Origin: Dimargaris cristalligena
Lineage: Eukaryota
Assembly (NCBI GenBank): GCA_003614675.1
Contig: ML002308.1
Coordinates: 1 to 44,442 of the forward strand
Direction of reading: 5' to 3'
Length of the DNA stretch: 44,442 nt
This document shows, piece by piece, positions 34,038 through 44,442 of the stretch. The position numbers and the translations under genes were made by a program. Position 1 is the stretch's first letter. Each line of letters begins with the position of its first letter. The notes under the pieces are model-generated. The model was not told where the DNA came from, ran no database searches, and saw nothing but the letters and a program-made list of their open reading frames with translations.

Positions 34038-37000
34038 ATGGGCTCTTCTATCCCTATTCCTACTCCTACACTAGCCCGGCAGGCGGCACCCCGAGTCCTC
34101 ATTATCGACAATTACGATTCCTACACCCACAACCTATTTCACCTTTGGCGCGATGAGCAAGACCTAGCCCAAGTCGTCCTCATTCGTAATGACCAGTACG
34201 ATTGGGACCATGTACGTACCCGCATATTGCCCCATGTGGACGCCGTTATTATATCGCCCGGGCCCGGCAGTCCCCGGGACCTCTATCCAGGCGGAGGACC
34301 ACCTGACCAAGAAGGATGGGGTACGGATAGTTCCAGCCGGTACCGGGATCTGGGGGTGGCTGGGGACCTTTTGGCCGCTTACCGCGACGCCGAACTGGTC
34401 GCTCGCTCTACCACCCCTACGGCCTGCGAGCAAGGGGTGGTGGCGGGTGGGACGTACTCTTTAGTTCCCGGTAGTTCCGGGGCGTCGGCCGGCCCCGAGT
34501 CACTACGACTAGCAGTGACCGCCAACGCCCAGCATGGCCAGTATCCGCCCCCCTGGATTAATTTGCCGGCGAAGCCTATTTCAAAAGGAAGAGACCATGG
34601 GGCAGTAATGGGCGCGATGGTACTGCCGCCCATCTTTGGGGTTTGCCTCGGGCACCAGGCCATCGCCGCTGCGTTCGGATCAGAAGTCAAGCAAGCCCCG
34701 GCCATTTTCCACGGCCAGGTATCGTTGGTTCACCACGCGGACGCCTCGGCGAATAATCATACCAACGCCTTATTCCAAGGTATTCCCTCTCCATTCCGTG
34801 CCGTACGCTATCATTCTCTCTCCGTTCACGGTAAGTCACCCCTATATTTCCCACCCACCCTATAATGCCTCATGGCTATTCATGTTTTGGGGGTTTCCCC
34901 TTGGATATATTAATTGCTCTCTATATATCTAGTGAATCATAATGACATCTCACCCATCCTCGCTTATTTACTATGATTTTTTACTCGAAAAAAAAATGAA
35001 CCTCAACAAAAATGATTTACGATGGTACAGATCCTCTGCCGGAATCAATCATTCCTATCGCATGGACCCACGACGCCGTATCGGCCACTGAAACGGCGCG
35101 GGTGGTAATGGCCCTTCGGCACCGGACCCTACCTCTCTACGGAGTGCAATTCCACCCTGAATCCGTTTGCACCACAGCCGGTCGGTCCATGCTAGATAAT
35201 TTCTTCCAAATGGTCGACGATTACTGGTGCCAATCCGTACCAACATCCACACCATCCTCTCCAACTGGTCTAGCAAAGACCCAGCGCCCTTCAACTTTAC
35301 CCATCGCTGTGCAGGAAATGTCCCGGTGGCGGTATAACAGTTCGATCCCGGATATCAATATGGGCCGCCACTTGTCGATTCCCACAAGGGGACTCAAAGG
35401 TAAACCTGGACTAGCCCCACCTGCCGCTGCCCCGGCCCCCCAATTTAGCGTTTATTGCCAGGCCCTTCCCGGCATTATGTCCAAAGCCACCTTTATTTCC
35501 CCGGACCGAGATGAATCAGCTTTATTTCGCCATCTTTACAGTTCATCCCCCGCCGCGTTTTGGCTTGACAGCGCCCGGAAGGGTTCCCCGCAATCCCGGT
35601 TCTCTTACTTCGGTGACTTTACCGGTTCCGGGGCCTGTACTATGCGTTACCGATTGGCCTCTAAAACCGTGACGGCTCTTCGGCACTCGCCTACTAAACC
35701 GATGGCCGAGCTGGTGTACGAAGCCAAACTATCCGAGAATCTGCGGCCGCGATCCTCCTCGTCAACTAACGGTGGGGATCCACCTACCACGTTTTGGCAA
35801 TGGCTGGCCCACTGGCTACCTGACGTGGAGACAAGTTCAGTATTGCAACCCTGGGAAACAACCGAATTGGACATTGCCAACTCCATCCCCACCGCCTTGG
35901 CCTTCCGGTGTGGACTGGTGGGCATTATGGGTTACGATATGAAGGCCGAAACCATGGGTGCTTCCCCATCGGGTGATCAGCCCACAGTCTCATTGGATAC
36001 ACCATCGAATTCGCCGCCATCAACGACGTCTCTATCTACTAGTTGGCCCGATGCTACGTTTGGTTTTACCGACCGGTGCGTGACTCTGGACCACGACACA
36101 GGTAGTATATATTTGTTGACCTTAGTTCGCACCCCTACCCACAGCCCAGCCCAATCGCCGAGTTTATCAATAGCAGACACCATTGGACTGGGTCTCAATT
36201 ACGCGGACGGTCGGGCCTGGACCCAACGTATGACCAACCGAATTAAGGAATGGGCTACTCGGCCCCCTCAAATGGCCAAATTAAGTTTAGACGACCTGGA
36301 CCGGCGTATCAGTCGGACCCAGATTTCCTCCAGTAGCACTAAGCCGCCGACCGCGCCATTGAACTCCAACGACGTCCATGTGTATACCACCCCCCGGGTC
36401 GATTATGTACGGGCCATTGAAAAGTCGCTCGATTATATCCAACGGGGCGAATCTTACGAATTATGCCTAACCACTCCGCTCGTGGCCCCCCTCCGCCAGC
36501 CTATCCGGGGATTCACCCAAGCCCTAGATTTTTACCTGCGGGTTCGCCGGCATAATCCGGCTCCGTATGCGGCATTCCTCTATTGGGCGGATATTGAATT
36601 GGTCATTGCCAGTACTAGCCCGGAGCGGTTTTTGGCCGTCTCGGTATCCGATCTCGAAGCTAAAGTAGGAGAGAACGGCAAGGTTGAGCGGGGCCCAGCT
36701 GAAAATACGACTGACGGTTCGGTTCGGTGGGCCGAAATGAAACCGATTAAGGGGACCGCTCGCCGGCCCGTCTACCCCGGCTGCTCGTGTTTCCAGGTTG
36801 CCGATGATTTATACACCCCGGTGGCCAGTCCGCCGTCCGGTCTCTGGGGTAGCTCGAATCCCGGAACACCCGCTTCTGCTACGTTGGCTTCGCGTCTGCA
36901 GTCGCCTACCCCCAGTTCCCCGTCTACCTCCGTGCTGCCCAGTCCCGCCGCTACCCCCATACGTCCAGTCCCCGATTGCTTCGTATGCTGGGCAACCCAC

Positions 37001-37798
37001 GAAGCTCATGACCAACAGTTGGCCGTCGACCTCGCCCACGATGTTAAAGAACGGGCGGAAAACCTCATGATCGTGGATTTAATCCGCCACGATCTATTTA
37101 CCGACTGTGTACCGTCGAGTGTGCACGTGCCCCACTTAATGGTCATTGAGAGTTACCAAACGGTCCACCAAATGGTAACTACTGTACGAGGTCAGCTGCG
37201 ACCACAAGTGGGGGCCGTGCAGTGCCTTACGTCGTGCTTTCCACCCGGATCCATGACGGGTGCACCGAAACACCGGTCCGTGGAAATACTGGAAACTCTG
37301 GAAAGTGAACTGCGGCTCCAACCAGTGGTTCTTGGCAACGGAGCCACGCTAGCCCCAGCCCCAACCCCACCCCTGGCCCTGTCACCTTCCACAGGATCCG
37401 GTGACTTCATAGAGCCAACCAAACCATGTATACAGCGAGATGATGATTCAACCCAACAGCAACAACAACCGCAAGTCGAACAGCCAACCTCCGAACCCCA
37501 TGTCAGTAGTGGTGGCCATTGGCTCCAGAATCTCGATTTCAATCGGGCGCACGGAGCCCGTGGTTTATATTCCGGTTGTTTGGGCTACTTTTCGGTCCAT
37601 GGTGCAATGGATATGAGCGTCGTTATCCGTACTACCATTGTGGGCAACCAGGGATCGCAGGTGTACTTGGGAGCGGGTGGGGCCATCACTGTTTTATCAG
37701 ACCCCGATCGGGAATATGACGAAGTATTGACCAAGTTCTCGGCTGTATGGCCCGCCATACGCGACCTAGTGGGAACACCAAACGACACGGTCGCCTAA
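34038..37798 (+). CDS. ABZ1: Aminodeoxychorismate synthase (fused PabA-PabB), about 1186 aa, 2 exons (34038-34830, 35031-37798)
   Basis: GATase motifs IIDNYDSYT, ISPGPG, GVCLGHQ, RYHSL, GVQFHPES; PabB motifs WLDS, GESYELCLT, SPERFL, KPIKGT, ERAENLMIVDL, FPPGSMTGAPK, VVIRT, GAGGAI. Phase-1 GTAAGT...CAG intron. Confidence 0.95.
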
Positions 37799-38630
37799 GT
37801 TATATAACATCCGAAAGTATTAGATGAAGTATGAAATGGGGATTGGCCTTTGATTTCCTTATTCGAAGGGGTGTGTGGGTTTTTTTATTCGCCGGTGTTA
37901 ACCTATTATTACCTCCCACCTACCTATATATTTTTATGTATGAATGTGTATCTATACAATACATAAAGAGTGGATATATATGAACCCCATAATGCAATAT
38001 TCAGCTGTGTTTTGGTATTTTGTTTACTTATGTTGTATGTCAGAATTCTAGTAAATGTTAGGATATCCTAGATCAAGGTGTTTTTCAGCAGACACTATCA
38101 GAATGGGGTTGCGAAATGCACGCTATACAGAGTACACATCATAATAAGCTGGTGACATATGATAAATAGGTTCACTGAATTGGCGATATCAGTGTGCGCG
38201 ACCTTATGTGGCCGGGCAGACAGGTAAAGGTCTCCTAGGGAAGCAACCTAAAAGATATCAAAGGTTCGTTAGACGGTACAGTATATAGATAGTAAATAGG
38301 AACTAAGTAATTATGGGGTATAGATATGGGGCAGGTTTAGTTTCCCTACAGCTTAAAACCCCATTGTATGACTGACACAGCTGATTAAATCATATTCTTC
38401 CCAATTTTATTTTTTATATTTCCACTAAGACCCTACACATCTTTACTAAATTCTGCCCATATAGGTATTGTAAATACTAAAGGGGCATCAATAAAACTGG
38501 GTTAAAGGGAAGTAAGTAGCTAGATAATGGTAGGTGCCCCTAGGTAATTAGATTTATTTAATCATGCAATTAGCATGGGGAGTTTTAAGTTGTTAAAACA
38601 CGAGTACTAATAATAGCTATATATACTAAC

Positions 38631-39152
38631 TATCACATATACTAACTAATCTTAGTCTACCAAAAGTCCTAGTAATAGGCTTCTAATAGTAGACCTGGCT
38701 TAGGCTTTACTAAGTGGCCACTAGTATTAGGCAGAAGGGTACAATACTACCTAATAAAGGAATAGTGTACAGTATATATAAGGGATATACAGAAGTACAC
38801 ACTTACTAGTTAGTATGAGGGAGTTAGTATATATAGGATTTATTATATATATAGGGATATTGCTAAATGGAGGTGCTTAAGATAAATACTGCTAAGACTA
38901 AAGAGATAGGTAAATATACTAACTGGATAGTTTCTGTGATCCAGAATACTCTAATAGTAGCTGGGAGAGACTTTAGACTCACAAATGAGTAATTTGTGTA
39001 AAGAGTAGAATCCAGGTGGGAAGGTTATAAAATAATATAGGATTATCCTATAGTACTAGGAGTAGCTATGGGAACTGAAATATGGCACAATAAGGCCTAA
39101 TATAGGTGTGGGCTTAGCTGGGCTAGATTAAGGTTAGTTTAGTAGGGTAGTA
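38631..39152 (-). mobile_element. LTR family A copy 3 (more decayed, internally deleted)
   Basis: Same orientation as 2261-2844, e.g. cttagtctaccaaaagtcctagtaataggcttctaatagtaga vs cttagtccatcaagagtcccaaggataggcttctaattgtaga. Terminus TGTCAC is now TATCAC. The right end is approximate. Confidence 0.8.
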
Positions 39153-39157
39153 TATTT

Positions 39158-39416
39158 TATTGGAAATATAAATTGATGGTAAATGCAAGTACCTTTAAAT
39201 ACAACTATAAAATATTTAAAGGTGAGAGAAAGAACTGCCAGGGGCAAAGCTAGATGCCTGCAGTTGGTTTTATTGTGTTAGAACTAGCAGCAATGATGAT
39301 AAAAACGTTGTTCCAAGTATAGGGTGAAATAATCATAGATACAATATAGTCCTGGGTATAGGACAGGCCAATTAGAGTAAAGGATTTGGAGGAGTGGGAG
39401 AAATGAATTTCCAACA
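39158..39416. mobile_element. Solo LTR family B (259 bp, copia-like termini)
   Basis: Termini TATTGGAAAT...ATTTCCAACA form a 10-bp inverted repeat with one G>A change. Perfect 5-bp TSD TATTT at 39153-39157 and 39417-39421. Confidence 0.82.
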
Positions 39417-41028
39417 TATTTAAGGCTAGTTTATTTTAAACCCAATTCATATTATTAGCAAATAAAAAATTTAGAACTATACATTAAGAGGGATACTATG
39501 TGCCAAAGTATACAATAGGCCCCCCAAGGCTGTAACATTCACAGGTTAACTATAATATTAGGACACTGAGGGAGAGTCAGTGAAGTGAAGATGAAACAAC
39601 CACCTTTAGGATTCCCATTTACTTTGGTATTCTATTCATTAAATACCATTCTATATATCCTGCCCAGGCTGTATAAAGTTATCCATTTCTCATCCTATAT
39701 TTTTAATATATATATATATATATATAATAGGTTTATTTTAGACAACATCTATGCCTCATCTAGCCAAGAAACTCCCACAATAATACCTCTTGACCAGCCA
39801 TAAAATAGCCAAAATGGTTTAATTTAATCATATGCTAGCCCACATGTTATTTACTCCCACCTTTCCAACCATAAGTTTAGAATGCATTATATATCCCATG
39901 GTGAAGGTGCCTCTTTCACACACTTATTTTAAGCATAAAAGAACTGGAGGGCCCATGTGGGTCACATTTTAAGACATGAAATCCGTCATTACATTGGAAG
40001 GCTCCAGAAACCTTGGACTGGGAGTGGGAAACAAAAGGACTAGGCCCACTTACATGTGGATACTGGCTGGTCGAACTATAGTATATCTCTTACCATCTAA
40101 ATGTCACTATGTCCCACAACAATGGGCCAGTTCCTGTGAAATATCCAAATAAATAGTCTGCATCTCTTGGTCTGACATTGTTGAATGGGTTAATACGGAA
40201 TATACTAACACTGGCCAGCCTCTTTGTGCTACAGGGTTTATTTGTATCAGGTGTACGGCTAGATCAAACCCCCAGAAGTGGTCCTCTTTACATAATATCA
40301 CTACTTTTCCCACCAGTACCTATTCTGGAATACCTTGTAAATCACATTGCTGAATGAAAGAAATGCATAACCACCAAGTAGGATGTTTTAGCCACTGAAC
40401 TCCTGATCCAATACAATGGATTCTAACAAATGTAGTAAACAATGACTAACCATTCATTTGAAGCAAAGAGGCTTCTGAAAGAGATTAAGATAAATACGTC
40501 TGGTCCAAAATTACACACCCATTGATATGTAATCTTGACCATCACACATAGAAGTCCTTGCGTAGGACCCCTAACAAAGGCATATAACTATACATTCCAT
40601 AAATAGGCTAAACTCATTGTTGGTTTTTCTGTTTTGTCATCAAACCAGGCGTATACCACAAGGATTCACCGGAAGAACCCCGTTAATACCCAAAAGATTA
40701 TGTCGGGAATGCAGTGATCATAAAAGCGTACTCTGAAATACATCTTGACTAGCTATAATGTGCGGATATAAATAAGGCCCCTTATCCAGCTAGCTCTGCT
40801 CCAGCGTACACTGCGTTAAGTTCATTATCTCGCACACCTCCTACTTCGAACCCTGACTCTTTACCTCATCAGATTTTGTTAATTCAGCCATTTTATATTA
40901 TCGCTATACCCTCGGATCCAGAATTTAAATTTTCTGTTTCATTATTTTTATTTTAGTGGCGTTTGACCCGTGTTCAAGTATAGCATTCCAGGCCACTTTC
41001 AGTATCATTAACCACCAACTTATTTTAA

Positions 41029-41760
41029 ATGGATGTCCATTGGTTAGTATTCGACAATGAACGGGCGCCGAAGAATGACTCGGGTAAGTGAGGTACTTAT
41101 CAGTATCTGTCATATCCAAAAACATCATTTTCAAAGATGTGCTTTGGATACTGTACATTTGGCTACCACAGTATAATATTACCTTAATGTCCCATTTATA
41201 TTATAACTCACATGCCACTTCTGATTTTCATTTCCTACCACGGTATCGATTGAATACTCATAGACGCCCTCTATGCCAAGGACAAGGTAACCCAGGCCAT
41301 TCAATATTGTTTGACGAATGTATCCTGCTGCTACGCGTTTTACCAGAATGTCACCCATGGCTACATGGAATCCGGCATGTTCCATCGTGGTACGGTTGGA
41401 TTCCTTAATGTACAAGATAATAAGGATCCCAATATTTGCAAAACCTATCTCCTCTGCCTTAAAGTGGACCTACCGGATGAATCGGATGAATCGAATGAAT
41501 CGAATGAATCGTATGAATCGTATGAATCGTATCAATTGGTCGTTGATGATGATAAAATTGAAGGTTGGCTCGAATCGGGTCTGGATAATGTCGCCGAAAT
41601 GGATACCAAAGCAGACTTGTTCATTATTTGCCCGGAAGAGGTTGCCTCCGTCCTGGAGGTTTTAAATATTCGTCGCATCCAAGATGTATTGCTGAAAACA
41701 ACCCCTTTGGGAATAGAATTTTCACTGGAATATGATGGTGTGGTATGGGATTTCAATTGA
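41029..41760 (+). CDS. Hypothetical acidic protein, about 183 aa, 2 exons (41029-41083, 41264-41760)
   Basis: ATG at 41029 (MDVHWLVFDNERAPKNDS), GTAAGT donor at 41084 and CATAG acceptor at 41263 splice in frame into the 149-aa ORF. TATAAATA near 40767. CpGs are retained here. No homolog recognised. Confidence 0.55.
41476..41529 (+). repeat. 9-bp tandem repeat x6, (G/A/T)ATGAATCG, coding DES-DES-NES-NES-YES-YES
   Basis: Read directly: gatgaatcg x2, aatgaatcg x2, tatgaatcg x2. Confidence 0.95.
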
Positions 41761-43694
41761 TCCTAGGCTGGTAATTATCCTAACCCATGGTACCTCTGGC
41801 GTTTCATTGGACTCACCTCTTCGTATCTTTGATAGCTTCCTCTCAAATGAGGTGTTCTGAAGCCATCCCGAACATGGTATACCCCCCTTCCTCACTTTCT
41901 TTGACCACATTGTCGTGCTTAATAATCAATGGGATTAAAGTCGACTACTCTTTGGGAACTAGGTACCATTGTTGCCTAGTTCCATCAACTAGGAACGAGA
42001 ATTACAACTTATCATAGGATCCCTCTCCCCCCAGCCATTCCTGTAGCCTGATTCATCTATTATATATACTATATTCATTATATCTTCGAGCAGCATCGAC
42101 CAATGTATTCTACATTGGTTTTCTGTCTATAGCATTGGTCTGATCAGATATATTAAGCTGAGTCAACTGCTTTAGTCGATTATTTAGTTAGTGATTATTA
42201 TCCAATCCTGTTTATTAGTTAGCTCAACCTATCGATATCTACCTTATTTTTTATCTATAAAGCATCCTTCGCATTGTATTGCTAGTGCCCTGGCTCCCGT
42301 TACTCGTTTTAGGCGTAGGTAATATAGTCACTAGTGGGATTATTGCCTAAGACACATTCAACAAAATCTTGGAGCTGGTGATGGGGATCTCTCGTTCTCA
42401 TTCTATAACTAAGCCATCTTTAAACGTTCTCAGGCACCATTTATCTGTATTACTATTTGCGATAGTCCTAGTTGTCAGCGGTCTTTCCTGCTCTTCCGAA
42501 TCACATCCATGTCCTGAATGAAGCGTAATTACTGTCGCTATTGGAAGCCCCTCAGCTTCCTTAGACTCCCGCCAGCCACTTATGGTTGGGAGGTCTAGCC
42601 TATTTAAATACATTACTGAATATAATCTATTTTGGGTACTTTGTTCTCTCCGGCTCTTTAGGACTCCTGTAAACTGCCTGGACTATAGGGATTAAGTGTT
42701 TGCCAGAGGACTTCCCTATATTCCTAATTAGCCACCAATGCGGATCAAATATAATAAGTGATTAAATGCATGCGACTACAGGTCGGAGGTAACCATGTTG
42801 TGATGTGCACCATCACTCTCGCTGTTGGCAGCCCAGGTCCAGTATCATTAATGCCAGGTAGTTTAATACTATTATAACAGTTCACTTGGTAATTAACAGG
42901 GCTAGTTTAACTACCAGCATGATGGGTGGATATAATCTCATTGGTTATTATGAAACCCAAGTGCTCCTGCCACCCCCTAGTACTGGGTGGTTAATATCTT
43001 TATTATTTTTATCCAATAAACCATATATAATTTATTGCATTTGACTGCTATTGACATATTGCACTGTACTATAACTAAATAATAGGTTTTGCCTACAATG
43101 TATATTATTTCGTTCTGCCGGTATTCCAATGGCCCCTTTTCAAATACCAAAGTCGTATTATGGCAATGAATAATTACATATTGATTAATTGGTCTACATT
43201 AGCTAATGACTGAATGATTAAGCTTTATAACCCACTCAGAAGAATCTGGTAAGGCTACTTGGGACGCTTATCTTAAGGTACCTATACCATTTTACATTCT
43301 AATGATAATGGGTAGTGAATATTTAAAAAAACAACAGGGACTAGTTATTAGAAGAAAGGATCCTCTAACTTGTCTGGAAGTAATAATTTATTACTCTTAA
43401 CACCTCTGCAGAAGAGTATATACCCAGCTTTGAATCAGCTATTGAACCTTTTCAGTGTGTTGGTATAATAGTTTTCACAGTAAATAGTTTATTTAAGGGC
43501 CAATTCCATGTTAACTGCTTAATACATAAAGGGAAAGTACTTTTGGGTCTACGTACTAAGTAGGTACCATTTGGGAAAGATTCAACTAAGCTGTATAACA
43601 AAAAACCCACTGGATGAAGTAAATACTATTGATTAAACATAAATTTTCTTCCTGTTATCCCATTGATATCATTTAAATCCCTACAAAGTGGTAC

Positions 43695-44277
43695 TATTGG
43701 CCCTTCTAATCTGACCTAATCTGGCTAGATGATTACCCACTATGTCAGGCCTTATAGCACCATATTAAATCCCCCATGGTCACCCCTGGTACTATGGGGC
43801 CATCATTTATCATATACCACCCTTTGGCTGGACCCCCCAGTGTTTGCACTAATCACTCAACCATTAATCCAAAGACTCTTCAGGTTCCCATGAGAGTCTT
43901 CCAGATACAAGGACCATCCAGCTGGCCCACTTATCAATACCTTAGTTACACAGTACTTTCCCTTAGGGACCTCCCTTTGGAGTAGTCCCTGTTTATATAT
44001 AACTAGGCCCCCTTGGGACCAGTTAGGATCTTTAGCTTATTCATATCCCCTAGTTTACCCCTAATAAACTCCTAATATATACTTATCCCATTATACTAAC
44101 CAGTAAGTATGCACTGCTGCACATCCCTTGCATAGCTAACTACACCTGCCTTTATTTGGTTAGTACCTTGCTATACCTAATGCTAGTAGCCCACTTGGCC
44201 AAGTCTAAGCCCCACCTACCATTAGAAGCCTACCTACAGTACTCTTAATGGATTAAGAGTAGATAACCCAGGTAACA
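43695..44277 (+). mobile_element. LTR family A copy 4
   Basis: Same orientation as 3410-3991 and aligns along its length (ccatggtcacccctggtactatggg; cccacctaccattagaagccta). Termini TATTGG...GGTAACA. No clear TSD. Confidence 0.85.
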
Positions 44278-44442
44278 GAAGCCATAGTACATAAAGAAAT
44301 GTTGTATAGGATCTGCCCATTCTAAAAACTATTCCCTTAAACCATAGCTGCATTAGTCAGTATTATGATGGGCTATAAGTAAGACCAGGTGTGGTGAACT
44401 TACCACATTTTTTACCTACTTTTATTTTTTATCTATTTTTCG

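Noticed and set aside
41476-41529. CRISPR-like array
   Set aside because: The 9-bp units are contiguous with no spacers, lie in a eukaryotic coding frame, and there are no cas genes.
42050-43690. Degenerate transposase or gene remnants (71-aa ORF at 42398-42613; stop-riddled frames at 43300-43690)
   Set aside because: No recognisable motif in the frames I translated by eye.

Overview
This is a eukaryotic, fungal genomic window with short GT-AG introns and CTRAC-like branch points. Gene content and style suggest an early-diverging fungus such as a zoopagomycete, but this is inference and not verified. The core (about 8.1-37.8 kb) holds conserved genes whose spliced models I rebuilt by hand: RPL10, deoxyhypusine synthase, PAM18, a TMEM242/DUF1358-like membrane protein, RPL27, phosphomannomutase, a Sir2 sirtuin, a Gde1-like ankyrin/GDPD protein with no visible SPX domain, and a fused PabAB (ABZ1). 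Both flanks are accessory and almost CpG-free. They contain solo LTRs of two families, some with intact 5-bp target-site duplications, and a decayed tandem copy of a lineage-specific secreted-protein gene next to its intact copy. The most notable observations are: (1) an intronless 88-aa pre-pro-peptide (13741-14007, minus strand) predicted to release a melittin/candidalysin-like amphipathic cationic peptide after an RR site; (2) C-to-T hypermutation at CpG and apparently CpA, confined to repeat-rich blocks and hitting only one copy of a tandem duplication; (3) the SPX-less Gde1.
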